From: a plasmid
DNA length: 64,000 bases
Direction: 5' to 3' (one strand)
Sequence record: CP099787.1
Made by a program: the position numbers and the translations under genes. Shown here in pieces: positions 17,366-27,335 of this stretch (its first letter is position 1; each line of letters begins with the position of its first letter). The notes below the pieces were generated by a model. That model was not told the DNA's origin and did not search any database. It saw only the letters and a program-made list of their open reading frames with translations.

Positions 17366-18622
17366 TTAAATAAGGTCTTGTTGATTTAAAATAACTTGCA
17401 TACGAGAGTCTTCAACATTAGAAGATGGAACAAATACATGTAATTGCGCCATAGAATCTAAAATAGTCGCCAACTCATTAACTAGTACTGGATATTGAAT
17501 TAAGCTTTTCCACGAAAACAAATTAGCTGTATTTTCATCATTAAAGCTTCTTAAAAAGCCACAAGCTACTGATACTAAGTCTTCATCTTCGCTTTCTGTT
17601 AAATCTAAAATACTGACGTAACTTTCCAAAATACCATTAAAATAAGCTGTCTCAAGCTCTGAAAATGCCTTTTCATTTGCTTGTTTTACAATCTCTTTTG
17701 TTTGCTTTTGAGTAGTAGTCGTAAAAGATTTTTCATCTTTCACTGCTTCAGTATTTTCAACCGATTCTTGAACTTTTGCAGGTTGCTGTAAAGTCTCTTT
17801 AGTTTCGGTAATGAGCTCTTGAGTATTGTCCACTTTACTATCTTCATCTTTTTCACCAGCCTTTGGCGAATTCTGAAGTTCTAAAGATGACTGTGTTACC
17901 TCTGAAGTGCTTGAGGTAATAATTTCACCCTTCAGCTCTTTAGACCATACACGGGCTAATTTTGATGAAATAGCACCTTCATGATCTGCTACTAACGCTT
18001 TTACTTCTTCTGGATACTCAGCTAATAAGTTTTTAATGATCGTGCCAGTTTCAGCATCATTTACCATTTTATTAGCCATAAGGCTTTTTAGATAATCATC
18101 TGATTCAAGCAATTGTAATCTTCGAGAAACCCATGTCTTTGACTTATTAATTTCATTAGCTAAATCGTCATAACTATACTTTGGATTCTCTGCCACGCCT
18201 TCTTCTAGCATCAATTTTAAATTCGTAGCAACTTCAAGCAAACTCATGTCTTTTCTAAATAAGTTTTCTGACATTTTTACTCGGCGTGAACCAAGTTTGT
18301 TATCAATCGTTGCTTCGATAGTATCCAAGTTCAAATGTTTATGAGCTAAATAACGATAATGGCCCATATTAATAATATATTCACCAGGATTATCAGAATC
18401 GGCTCTAACTGAAATAGGCTGAAGTAAACCATCTCTCAAAATAGTATTTGCCAGTTCTTTTACATAATCTTGATCATATTCAAGACGTACATTCTGAGGA
18501 TCCAACTTAACCCGATTAAGCGGCAATTTTAGAATTGTGCGGTCAGAGTTATTGTTAGCATTTAAGTTTGCTGAAGTTAATGAGCTATCAACAGCGTTTA
18601 AATCACCTAATAAAGAAGACAT
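17366..18622 (-). CDS. parB: ParB-family partition protein (large, 418 aa, KorB-like size)
   Basis: It carries an N-terminal ParB/Sulfiredoxin-like box ...LLQPISVRADSDNPGEYIINMGHYRYLAHKHL.... It lies immediately downstream of parA and is translationally coupled to it. Confidence 0.8.
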   Translation of the reverse strand: MSSLLGDLNAVDSSLTSANLNANNNSDRTILKLPLNRVKLDPQNVRLEYDQDYVKELANTILRDGLLQPISVRADSDNPGEYIINMGHYRYLAHKHLNLDTIEATIDNKLGSRRVKMSENLFRKDMSLLEVATNLKLMLEEGVAENPKYSYDDLANEINKSKTWVSRRLQLLESDDYLKSLMANKMVNDAETGTIIKNLLAEYPEEVKALVADHEGAISSKLARVWSKELKGEIITSSTSEVTQSSLELQNSPKAGEKDEDSKVDNTQELITETKETLQQPAKVQESVENTEAVKDEKSFTTTTQKQTKEIVKQANEKAFSELETAYFNGILESYVSILDLTESEDEDLVSVACGFLRSFNDENTANLFSWKSLIQYPVLVNELATILDSMAQLHVFVPSSNVEDSRMQVILNQQDLI

Positions 18623-18625
18623 AGC

Positions 18626-19399
18626 TTAAACCCCCATTTTCTCTAAAACTAATTGATTAATTTTTTTGATTTTTCGCCCTACATCTTTTGCTGACGTTTT
18701 ATCAATTTTCCATACTGGAACTTGTTGTTCACTTGCATCAGCAATTGCAGATCGATTAGGTATGAAAGCAGTCTTATCAAGCATTAAATGACTCAGTTGT
18801 TTCTGCAATTCATTTAAAGTTGTTTTTTGAGTAACAGAGTTAGCACTAACCATATTTGGAAGCAGCCCTAGAAACTGAATTTTTGGGTTTACTTCTTTAA
18901 TTTCTTGTGTGGTATCAATAATACCTCTTAGCCCTAGAATTGAATATTTATCCAATAAAAAAGGAGATAGAGCAAATTCAGAAACTAACAAAGGTAATCG
19001 CTGAAACGGGCCGTCTGTAGGAGGTGTATCAAAAATACAGATATCAAAAAATTCGTTAGCCTTAGCAATATTTGATTTGAAATTACGTTGGTATTCTTCA
19101 ACTTTATCTAGCTTAAACTCTTGTTCTGTAGGATCAAAAAGTGATTTTAAACTCTTATTACCTTTAAAAAGAACAAAATATTTATCTAAAGTTTCAAAGT
19201 TTTGGATATCCGTAAATAGACTATGGGTATCTTTAATCTCAACCGCAACTTTACTAAGTGAGAAACCACTATTACCTTGTTTATCCATGTCTACAAATAG
19301 AACACGCATACCGCGCTCATAACAGTAATGTGCCAAATGAACAGCAACAGAGGTTTTGCCAATCCCACCCTTTTCGTTAGTGATTACGATTTTTTTCAT
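18626..19399 (-). CDS. parA: ParA-family partition ATPase
   Basis: The deviant Walker A motif is KGGIGKTSVAVHLAHY. A 257-aa product preceded by the conserved leader. Confidence 0.85.
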   Translation of the reverse strand: MKKIVITNEKGGIGKTSVAVHLAHYCYERGMRVLFVDMDKQGNSGFSLSKVAVEIKDTHSLFTDIQNFETLDKYFVLFKGNKSLKSLFDPTEQEFKLDKVEEYQRNFKSNIAKANEFFDICIFDTPPTDGPFQRLPLLVSEFALSPFLLDKYSILGLRGIIDTTQEIKEVNPKIQFLGLLPNMVSANSVTQKTTLNELQKQLSHLMLDKTAFIPNRSAIADASEQQVPVWKIDKTSAKDVGRKIKKINQLVLEKMGV

Positions 19400-19407
19400 T
19401 GTTCTTT

Positions 19408-19452
19408 ACTCCAAGCATTTCTGCTCAATTTTGAAATCAGCCTATCCGATTT
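19408..19452 (-). promoter_or_regulatory. conserved structured 5' leader (HP1 + HP2-SD) upstream of parA
   Basis: gaaatcggataggctgatttc ... gagcagaaatgcttggag. Confidence 0.55.
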
Positions 19453-19530
19453 CTGAATAAATTATACTACTAAAACATACTTTTTTGCAAGAAAAAGATT
19501 AAATTTTATAGCGCCAATTTGTCTTAAATA

Positions 19531-19554
19531 GGTTGTTGCGGATCCGCAACAACC
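19531..19554. repeat. 24-bp perfect palindrome ggttgttgcggatccgcaacaacc, about 135 bp upstream of parA
   Basis: Read directly from the sequence. Confidence 0.85.
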
Positions 19555-19591
19555 TAAGCTTGTGTAAGTTACATCTATGCATATAAAAAAA

Positions 19592-20369
19592 TCAATCATT
19601 AATTAAAATGAAATTAGGCACATAATCTTCAGCTTTATGTACAATTTCCTTTAATTTTTGACTATGCAATTTTATGTCCCACCCTTTTACGTAATACATT
19701 AAGCTACACCAGCATTCACGATACTTTAACTTGAGGGTATCACCAACAAAAATACGGCAAGGCACTGCCCACAAACTTAGTTGTATATAACACATTAAAG
19801 CAACGTTTCTATCAATGTCTGCTGCCTCAATATACAAGTGATCTTGCACTTGTATCTTAGATTCCAAACAGAGTTTTACAGTTGAAAGTAAAGTTGAGCC
19901 AGCTCCACAAGCTGGATCGGAAATCGAAATCACCCCCTCTTCCTCAAGTTGGTTTTTTAAGGTCGGTCATTACAACTTGAGCACATAAATTTGATACCTC
20001 ACTTGGTGTAAAATATTGGCCGATATGATCATTCCCAATTTCTAATTCCATGTAAATGCTACCTAACACATCATATGGCTCACCCTTTGCTTCGCATAAA
20101 TCCACCAACAGATAAAACAATTTTTTTATTTTTAAACGTCCACTAACGTCGTAACGATTGATACGTTGAAGATATTCATTTTCAATATTGTGGTTAAACA
20201 AATTTTGATATCTATGACCAATTGAGTTTCTTAATGCTGCTGCTGAACAAAAAACAAAGTCATGAAATATTTCATAAATGTTTTTAGATTGGTCGATACT
20301 TTTTAAGGTATGTATAAACTCACTTTTCAAAACACTATAAGTTTTACCAATGTTAACTTTTGAATTCAC
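19592..20369 (-). pseudogene. N6-adenine DNA methyltransferase-like gene, split into two ORFs and lacking a recognisable catalytic NPPF/Y motif
   Basis: The ORF 19944..20369 contains GQYFTP (HsdM/N6-MTase motif X). The ORF 19592..19933 contains DPACGAGSTLL (AdoMet motif I). The two frames are separated by a stop/frameshift near 19933-19944, and an HP2-SD leader lies upstream. Confidence 0.55.
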
Positions 20370-20397
20370 TTTTTTCTCCGCAAGCTCTTCAGCTCAA

Positions 20398-20895
20398 TCA
20401 ATTAATAGTTTTCAATGTATTGAATTGTATAAAACCATTTAAACCGGCTTTACGAAAAGTTTCTAAGACTTTGAAATACATTAATTGGAAATTAAGAGAC
20501 TCATCTGCTGTTTTAGTGAATTCTCCCAAGTGGTCAGGTCTGAATAATATATCTGCGTTATTATTAAACCAGGTCAAACATTCAAAAATGAAGTCACCAT
20601 AGAACTCATATGTTTCTTGAATAGCGGTTAAGAAAGGACAAGGAATACCAATCAATTCTTCAAGAACTTTTAATGTTGAAATAAACTTATTAAATGACTC
20701 TTTTGTACTTAATGTATAAACATTAAAGTCCTTACAATCATACATAGTAGTAGATAAGGCAACTAAGCCAGTATTGTATTCAAAAGATGGCTTCATAATA
20801 TCAATATGGCCAACAGCACATGCACAATGTGATGGAGTCTTTAAACGACCAATTTTTAAATCAGTTATGATTAATACATTAAAATAATTATTCAT
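20398..20895 (-). CDS. hypothetical protein (165 aa)
   Basis: The conserved leader precedes it. Confidence 0.55.
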   Translation of the reverse strand: MNNYFNVLIITDLKIGRLKTPSHCACAVGHIDIMKPSFEYNTGLVALSTTMYDCKDFNVYTLSTKESFNKFISTLKVLEELIGIPCPFLTAIQETYEFYGDFIFECLTWFNNNADILFRPDHLGEFTKTADESLNFQLMYFKVLETFRKAGLNGFIQFNTLKTIN

Positions 20896-20900
20896 TTTTT

Positions 20901-20948
20901 CACCATAAGCTTTTCAGCTCAAAATACGAAATCAGCCTATCCGATTTC
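20901..20948 (-). promoter_or_regulatory. conserved structured 5' leader (HP1 + HP2-SD)
   Basis: gaaatcggataggctgatttc ... gagctgaaaagcttatggtg. Confidence 0.55.
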
Positions 20949-21057
20949 TAACCCCAAAATTGTAATACAATGATGTATTTTAATCAAGATCTTTAAACGT
21001 TAATATTGTTAAAAAACATTAATTTAATGAAATATATTTTCGAATTAAACATTACTA

Positions 21058-21237
21058 ACAGAGCAACGTGTCCACGTTGCGAACTGAAGGAATTTGCGAG
21101 CATCTCCCTACTTGATTACCGTTTCAAACTTCGAGCGAGTCAGTCAAAATCTGTGATTTTGACTAGACGACCGAAGAAGTGAAACTTCTCCCATTGGAGC
21201 TTATCCGGGAGTAACAAAGCAATCCCGCAGGGTTGCG
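21058..21237. repeat. structured repeat, truncated copy C (about 180 bp, about 93% identical to the 5' part of copy A)
   Basis: It runs from acagagcaacgtgtccacgttgcg to gcagggttgcg. Confidence 0.75.
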
Positions 21238-21377
21238 CTTCTAAATTGCGAATCTAATTGATTTTAGGTTCATCCACTCTAGTTAATTAATGGAACTGAC
21301 AGCATTTTTTAATATTCTAGTGTGTTAGGGATAGATATACTTACCTACACCTACTTTAAAAATCACATAACACATGT

Positions 21378-22152
21378 CTAAGCTACATTCGCTTGGTTAA
21401 ACATATTTAAGATATCAATTGCTGAAGTATTTTGACGAAAAAAAACTCTATCAGGCCTGCCTGGTTGATTGTTAGTTTGCCCGTGGATCCTTTCCATTCG
21501 TAAATGAAACTCTAAAGCAAACGGATTTGATTCAAGCTGCTTCAATAATTTTGGAAATGATTTCTCAAAACACATATTACAATTTCCATCCCATTCATTT
21601 AGCTCTAGATCAAACGCTTGCTTTGACCACCAATCTAATATGAATTGCTTATCCACTGGATGTTCTGTGACTAATGGATAAATAAAGTTATTTGCTTCTG
21701 CATCCTTAGCACAACGTTTAGATTCATCAGCCCGGATACCGATTGCAGTAGGGATATCTTTAGGTTTCATCCCAATACTACGAATATATGAATCCATTGG
21801 TCTTATTTTTAATTCACGGGTGCAATGCTTATAAACTTTATTAGGAATTCCGTATTTCTCAATCATCTGTTCAAAAAGTACTGGCCCCCTGGTAGCTGTC
21901 TTAAAATTGACAACTTTATGCGTCGTACCTACTCTTTTTTTAGGGTGAATAACTTGCTTCTAACCAAACTGTATTGAAATTAAAATATTTATCACATTTA
22001 TCGACAAACTCTAAAGTTTTCTCATGCTCAATGCCTGTATTTGCAAATGTGACTATAAAGTTATAAAGGTGGCTATAGTTATTAAGCAAGTACCAGGTTA
22101 AATATGCTGAAGTACGTCCACCACTAAAGCTAATTTGATAATATGATTTCAT
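21378..22152 (-). pseudogene. PAPS-reductase-like (PP-loop ATP pyrophosphatase family) gene interrupted by a frameshift
   Basis: The ORF 21940..22170 carries the PP-loop SFSGGRTSA. The ORF 21378..21866 continues the family-like C-terminus. An HP2-SD leader precedes the 5' ORF. Confidence 0.5.
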
Positions 22153-22423
22153 TAATTTCACCTTAAGCATTTCTGCTCGAATCTCAATTGTTTTAGCCTT
22201 TTATAATTTTTAATCTGAACCGCATCCCTCTTTATTAAAGGCCCCCATAGGTAGCTCCCAGTTTTTTGTAAATATAGGCAAGGTATATTCTTTTCTCATT
22301 GCCTGATCCAAAGCTACTAAATCATTGATATTAAAAGGCTGAATACCCTCACTTATATTTATGACATTGATTTTTTTTCGACTAATTGTAGTTGCAAATT
22401 GTTCTTCGTATTTAAAAATTCGA

Positions 22424-23302
22424 TCAATACGATTGGGAAAATAATGTTTGATGGTTTGCCCAAACTTTCGGGCTATTATAGATACAAGTCATACAGCTTG
22501 ATCTCGACCATCCTAAGCGATATGGTACTGGCGCTGCGACATTATGACGCTCTAAAATTTCCCACACTTGACGTTCTGTAAAATCAAGAACTGGTCGATA
22601 TGCATCAATTAGACGACCTTTTTTCCCATTACGATTATCACAAAAATGTGTTTCTAATTGGAAGTATTTTGCTCGATTAGGACTTTCTTCTCGACGCTCT
22701 CCAGTAACAAATAAAACTTTAGAGTTATTAAAACGCTCCTGGTTTGATAAAGCTCTACGCCCTACCTCGATCTTCAGAGCTGAAGAACACCATCTAATAC
22801 GGAGATCTGCTGATTGTTGAGGAAACCGCAATCTCGTTCCAGCTTTTGCTCGTTTTCTTGGAATAATGATATTCCCACTCGGTGTTTCAATCTCATATTC
22901 ATGGCTTATGGAATTATTTTTTAGCATCTCCCCCTCGAAGCCATGCATTAACCAGCTATTATAAATTGGTAAATTAAATGCTTTGGCAAGCTGTTTGTTG
23001 TAGCTATCCATAAACAGCCAATCCATAAACGGCTCACTCTTACCGTCAACAAGGTTATGCCACAATTCAACCTTTGACATGTCCACGCCTTTCTCTATTA
23101 AATAGAGCAAAGAAGCAATACTATCTTTTCCGCCACTCATACTGACGATAATTAAATCATAAATATCTAAATCTATTTCTGAGACAGAGAACAACTTACC
23201 TTCAGATGCAAGTGCCTGTCCTATAGCATTTTTTAATACATTAGGAATAACATTCACATCATCATGTCTATCAAGCTCTTTATATAAAGCATTATTTTTC
23301 AT
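22424..23302 (-). CDS. PAPS-reductase-like / PP-loop family protein (292 aa)
   Basis: The PP-loop motif is SMSGGKDS. The conserved leader precedes it. Confidence 0.65.
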   Translation of the reverse strand: MKNNALYKELDRHDDVNVIPNVLKNAIGQALASEGKLFSVSEIDLDIYDLIIVSMSGGKDSIASLLYLIEKGVDMSKVELWHNLVDGKSEPFMDWLFMDSYNKQLAKAFNLPIYNSWLMHGFEGEMLKNNSISHEYEIETPSGNIIIPRKRAKAGTRLRFPQQSADLRIRWCSSALKIEVGRRALSNQERFNNSKVLFVTGERREESPNRAKYFQLETHFCDNRNGKKGRLIDAYRPVLDFTERQVWEILERHNVAAPVPYRLGWSRSSCMTCIYNSPKVWANHQTLFSQSY

Positions 23303-23307
23303 TCAAT

Positions 23308-23356
23308 TCACCTTAAGCTTTTCAGCTCATATATAGAAACCAGCCTACCCGATTTC
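23308..23356 (-). promoter_or_regulatory. conserved structured 5' leader (HP1 + HP2-SD)
   Basis: gaaatcgggtaggctggtttc ... gagctgaaaagcttaaggtg. Confidence 0.55.
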
Positions 23357-23442
23357 ACCCCTCAATTATACTACATTTTCATGTCTTTTTATTAAGAAAA
23401 AACATATATTTAGTGTAATTTTTCGTTTTATAAAATACTTTT

Positions 23443-23669
23443 GCAGAGCAACGTGTCCACGTTGCGAACTGATGAAATTTGCGAGCATCCCCCTCCTTGA
23501 TTACCGTTTCAAACTTCGAGCGAGTCAGTCAAAATCTGTGATTTTGACTAGACGACCGAAGAAGTGAAACTTCTCCCATTGGACCTTATCCGGTAATAAC
23601 AAAGCAATCCCGCAGGGTTGCGACAAATAGCCCTCTAAATCGCTCTATTTGCTCCTAGATTCAATTTTA
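23443..23669. repeat. structured repeat, truncated copy D (about 227 bp)
   Basis: Near-identical to the 5' half of copies A and B, including the same upstream flank. Confidence 0.75.
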
Positions 23670-23814
23670 TAGAAACAAGGTAGCCTAACTACCAAAGAAA
23701 TAAAACATGGCTAGAATTAACAAATATGATCAAAAACAAAATTAAACTTGTAATATTTTTTGTATATAAATTAAATAAATCACATATAATAAATTACTGA
23801 AAGGAGGATTTGTT

Positions 23815-24021
23815 ATGGGATCTACAGTACGTCTCCGGGATCCAACAGCTCAACTTGTTATGGATACCGCATTAGATATGCAACAAGAGCAACGTCAAAT
23901 GGTTAAAACTTCAGATATTGTTGAAACATTGGTTCAAAGATATATAAAGACAATTAGCTTTGAAGATGTTCAACAAACTATTGAAAATCGCAAAAAGAAT
24001 AAAAAAAATAAGGACAAATAG
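23815..24021 (+). CDS. hypothetical small protein (68 aa)
   Basis: A strong SD (gaaaggaggatttgttATG). It is the lone plus-strand gene inside the minus-strand array. Confidence 0.5.
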   Translation: MGSTVRLRDPTAQLVMDTALDMQQEQRQMVKTSDIVETLVQRYIKTISFEDVQQTIENRKKNKKNKDK

Positions 24022-24026
24022 AAAAC

Positions 24027-24263
24027 CTATTTGCCCTTATAAATTGTGTCAAACTCTGTCAACCAATCAAGCCTGTTAAAACCGGCTTCAACTTCATTGC
24101 CTCTTACATCTGCAATATAAAATTTCTTCTTACCATCTTTAAGAAACCATCCAGCTAATATATTTACATAATTACTCTTACAGTTCAGAACTCTCATGTA
24201 AGCATCCGGTGCAGCAGGATGAGCTGGATCAACATGCTCAAGTTGAGGATCAACGTTACTCAT
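24027..24263 (-). CDS. hypothetical small protein (78 aa)
   Basis: An ORF 4 nt downstream of 24268..24957. Confidence 0.45.
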   Translation of the reverse strand: MSNVDPQLEHVDPAHPAAPDAYMRVLNCKSNYVNILAGWFLKDGKKKFYIADVRGNEVEAGFNRLDWLTEFDTIYKGK

Positions 24264-24267
24264 TCAA

Positions 24268-24957
24268 TCAACTCAAGAAAATCTTTTTCGTTTCATTAGG
24301 ATCAATAGCATGATGTAAGTTCACCTTACTCCCGTCCGAATACCCTTTTACTCGTGCTTGATTAAGCATATCTTTATTATAATGTTTAACACTTTTAACT
24401 TCGCAATATATAAGATTAAGAGTTTTCTCATATTCGCTCAGTTTTTCCTTTAGCTCTTTATCTGGATTTAAGTTCCTACACTTTTTTTCAACTCCAAGAA
24501 TCCACCCTCTATGATAGCTTATGCCTAAACGTCTCTTAGATTTAAGTTTAGTATTTCCATGTAAAGTGGCTAAATAACTTTGTTTATTTTTAATCAAAAT
24601 AGGGAGTAAAACAGTATATGCATATGTTGCAATAGACACATTTGGTTCAACTCCATAAAAAACATGTTGTTGATATTTCACACCTTCTAAAGTGTAAAAA
24701 CCTGAGTAACTTCCGCATTCAAAGACATTTGCGATCATTACTTTAAGCCGTCTTTCAATATCTTTAGTTCTTTGAGTTTTTGTCTGAATAATTCGCTCTT
24801 TAATATCACTAATTAGTATCTGTTTTTCACTTATTTTGTACTTCTGCATCAATGTCTGTGCTTGCTTAAGTGCAACGGCTGCTTCATGCTCATTGGCACT
24901 TTTTGATAATGCTAGGCACTTACTAATTTTATCTATGATAGTTTGCATATCTTCCAT
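24268..24957 (-). CDS. DUF2786-like protein
   Basis: The N-terminal signature is KISKCLALSKSANEHEAAVALKQAQTLMQKYKI. The true start is probably MEDMQT at 24957, after the HP2-SD. Confidence 0.55.
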   Translation of the reverse strand: MEDMQTIIDKISKCLALSKSANEHEAAVALKQAQTLMQKYKISEKQILISDIKERIIQTKTQRTKDIERRLKVMIANVFECGSYSGFYTLEGVKYQQHVFYGVEPNVSIATYAYTVLLPILIKNKQSYLATLHGNTKLKSKRRLGISYHRGWILGVEKKCRNLNPDKELKEKLSEYEKTLNLIYCEVKSVKHYNKDMLNQARVKGYSDGSKVNLHHAIDPNETKKIFLS

Positions 24958-25006
24958 TTTTGGCTCCTTAAGCATTTCTGCTCAATTAAAATAAGTTTTA
25001 AAGATT

Positions 25007-25492
25007 CTAATCAATAAACATCAAGATCAATAAGAATAACCAAGCAACTAAACTCGCCCCTAAAGGTGTAAGTGTTATTACCCAAAATAAATCATTTGCA
25101 GTAAATTGATCAGATTTATCTTCCTTTGTCCTAGCTTCAACTTTGGCTGAAAATTTATCATTCACTTTTTCAACCACGCCAATAAAAGCTCCAATTTTCC
25201 ACCAAATAGAAATTGCAATCTGAACGAAGACTAATTTTACGGCAAATGAGATGAAATAAATGTCCACTAAATTAAATAGCGATTCAAAGGGCAGTAAACT
25301 ATCAATTGATTTTGAGTTATTAGCATTGTCAATACCCAAAATCTTATTTTCAAGATCTGACACGAATGCATCTATTTGCGTATTAAATACAAAAAATACT
25401 AAATATCCTGTTATTAACACTATCAATAAGTATCCTAAACGCCAAATTATATTCTCTTTGGTGTTATTCACACGACTAATCATCAGACTCAT
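25007..25492 (-). CDS. membrane protein (about 161 aa)
   Basis: Several TM helices. The probable start is the ATG at 25492, with a gaggtag SD. Confidence 0.5.
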   Translation of the reverse strand: MSLMISRVNNTKENIIWRLGYLLIVLITGYLVFFVFNTQIDAFVSDLENKILGIDNANNSKSIDSLLPFESLFNLVDIYFISFAVKLVFVQIAISIWWKIGAFIGVVEKVNDKFSAKVEARTKEDKSDQFTANDLFWVITLTPLGASLVAWLFLLILMFID

Positions 25493-25811
25493 AATTTCTA
25501 CCTCGTCTAGTTGTACCAACTAACATGAAATGTTCTGCTTCACCCTCGGAAAAAATACTCAATCCATATCTCGCCGGAGGAACAATAAAATTACTGGTAA
25601 AAATATCATCCTCCCTGTGCATCCAAAACTCATCAGTCACCCAAATTGGCTTACCAGCAGTTTTGCCTTTAAAGAATTTACCACGAGGTAAAATATCTCC
25701 ACGCTTTAACACGTTCTCTAACCAATATTTAAATGGTGCCTCATTGTTTCTTTTTGCTTTCAATATATTAATATTAAATTCGCGCGAATCTTGAGTAACA
25801 CTAACTATCAT
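25476..25811 (-). CDS. hypothetical protein (111 aa)
   Basis: SD aaggaaa + ATG. Confidence 0.5.
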   Translation of the reverse strand: MIVSVTQDSREFNINILKAKRNNEAPFKYWLENVLKRGDILPRGKFFKGKTAGKPIWVTDEFWMHREDDIFTSNFIVPPARYGLSIFSEGEAEHFMLVGTTRRGRNYESDD

Positions 25812-25913
25812 ATGTTTTCCTTCTTAATCAATTAAATAAATTACTATCAATTTAAGTAATAATTTTTGGAAGAATTAAATCAAAATGGAATCTTTTTAAT
25901 TCTTCCTTATCAA

Positions 25914-26102
25914 TCAAGATTTAATATCGGATATATTTTGTACAGCTAAATATCCACTTTGGCCAAATTTTCTAACTGTACTTAATGGTTTAATATCCTT
26001 AGCTGGTAAAACCACAAAACCATTATTTTGATGAGCATTTTGGAAGATTTTTTCAAGTGTCCAAAATGTACAACCAACATCTACAATCATTATATTTTCC
26101 AT
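25914..26102 (-). CDS. hypothetical small protein (62 aa)
   Basis: An ORF immediately downstream of hns. Confidence 0.4.
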   Translation of the reverse strand: MENIMIVDVGCTFWTLEKIFQNAHQNNGFVVLPAKDIKPLSTVRKFGQSGYLAVQNISDIKS

Positions 26103-26114
26103 ATTTTGATCCTT

Positions 26115-26441
26115 TTAGTTGATACGTAAATCTTCAAGTTTCGCACCTTTTTCAATTTCGGCTACTAACCAACGTGGTTGTTTACCGCGTCCAGTCCAAG
26201 TATCTTGTTCGTTTGCTTTACTACGATAGCGCGGTTTTACAGATTTACGAGCTTTCTTTTTAGAGTTCGCTGCGCCTACTTTCAAAAGATCCTCTACTGA
26301 ATATCCTACGCTTTCTGCAATTGAAATTATTTTCAAATAAGCATCCTCAATGGCTTGTTCTTTTTTGATTTCAATTAATTTGGCTGCTTCAAGCTGAAGA
26401 TCTTTTAACTCTTCAATTGATAATTCACTAATTTGCGACAT
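26115..26441 (-). CDS. hns: H-NS family nucleoid-associated protein
   Basis: The C-terminal DNA-binding motif is TWTGRGKQPRW. The true start is probably MSQISEL at 26441, after the agaggtg SD. Confidence 0.8.
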   Translation of the reverse strand: MSQISELSIEELKDLQLEAAKLIEIKKEQAIEDAYLKIISIAESVGYSVEDLLKVGAANSKKKARKSVKPRYRSKANEQDTWTGRGKQPRWLVAEIEKGAKLEDLRIN

Positions 26442-26470
26442 ATTCACCTCTTTATTAAACATTAATTACT

Positions 26471-26488
26471 TGTTGCGGATCCGCAACA
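26471..26488. repeat. 18-bp perfect palindrome tgttgcggatccgcaaca, immediately upstream of hns
   Basis: Read directly from the sequence. Confidence 0.85.
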
Positions 26489-26506
26489 TTCTTTCTCTAC
26501 TAATAA

Positions 26507-26983
26507 CTACTGTGATTGATTCTTTCGCCACATACTCGGATATACCGGCTTAGCATCTTGCCAAAGACCAATTTTATTTTTTCGCGCGTATGACTCTAGA
26601 TCCAGCATTATTGGATCATCTAAATATTCACGAAAGGCCCATGCCATACCATTTTTAACCATTATCCTATTAATAGGATCCACACCTACTAGAACAGTTC
26701 CTATCAATCGATGATACTTGTCATACCCTTTTTCCTGGATATAAACATTTCTATTAAAAGTTAAATCTGATAAAGCTTGCTTAGCCTTTGCTCCAAATGG
26801 CTGGCTTTTTTCTGGTGCATCAATATCTGCTAGACGCACCTTTATTTGATTATTTGATCTGTCTAAAACTGTTATTGTATCTCCATCAGTTACACCAATT
26901 ACTCTTGCAACAAAGTCTGCGTTAGCAATGTTACTTACTAACAATAAGCTACCTAAAAATATCTTTATTCCAGTTACTTTCAT
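26507..26983 (-). CDS. secreted thermonuclease (staphylococcal-nuclease-like)
   Basis: SNase-like motifs are present (GDTI.V, RL..IDAPE, GLW). The signal peptide MKVTGIKIFLGSLLLVSNIANA suggests the start is at 26983. Confidence 0.75.
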   Translation of the reverse strand: MKVTGIKIFLGSLLLVSNIANADFVARVIGVTDGDTITVLDRSNNQIKVRLADIDAPEKSQPFGAKAKQALSDLTFNRNVYIQEKGYDKYHRLIGTVLVGVDPINRIMVKNGMAWAFREYLDDPIMLDLESYARKNKIGLWQDAKPVYPSMWRKNQSQ

Positions 26984-26987
26984 AAGG

Positions 26988-27203
26988 TCAGTTTCCGCTA
27001 ACAATATATAGTTTTTTTGTTTTATGATGATCTTCAAGCATTTGTTTTTCAAGAATATCTATTCCGTTAGCTAGATCAATGCAATCCTGGCATATATATT
27101 CTTTATTAAAACAATTTTCATCTTGCTCAATTTCTTGAAAAATATGTGAATTTTGGTCACAAATCGAGCAAGTCTTAGGGAACTGAATTATTTCACCATT
27201 CAT
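26988..27203 (-). CDS. small Cys-rich (zinc-ribbon-like) protein (71 aa)
   Basis: CxxC...CxxC spacing is present, and it sits upstream of the nuclease gene. Confidence 0.45.
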   Translation of the reverse strand: MNGEIIQFPKTCSICDQNSHIFQEIEQDENCFNKEYICQDCIDLANGIDILEKQMLEDHHKTKKLYIVSGN

Positions 27204-27335
27204 AATTTTTTCTCACCCTCATCTGTTTTGGATCAATTACTGGAAATTAAAGATCTTTTTTTAAAGCCATTTTCTTCACAAGTTGTTTCACCAACATAGC
27301 TAGATCCGCTTTCACAAGCATGTTTAATAACCTGC

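Noticed and set aside
3237-23669. CRISPR array
   Set aside because: The repeated elements are 180-425 bp and irregularly spaced kilobases apart. They are not 25-40-bp direct repeats with unique spacers, and no cas genes are present.
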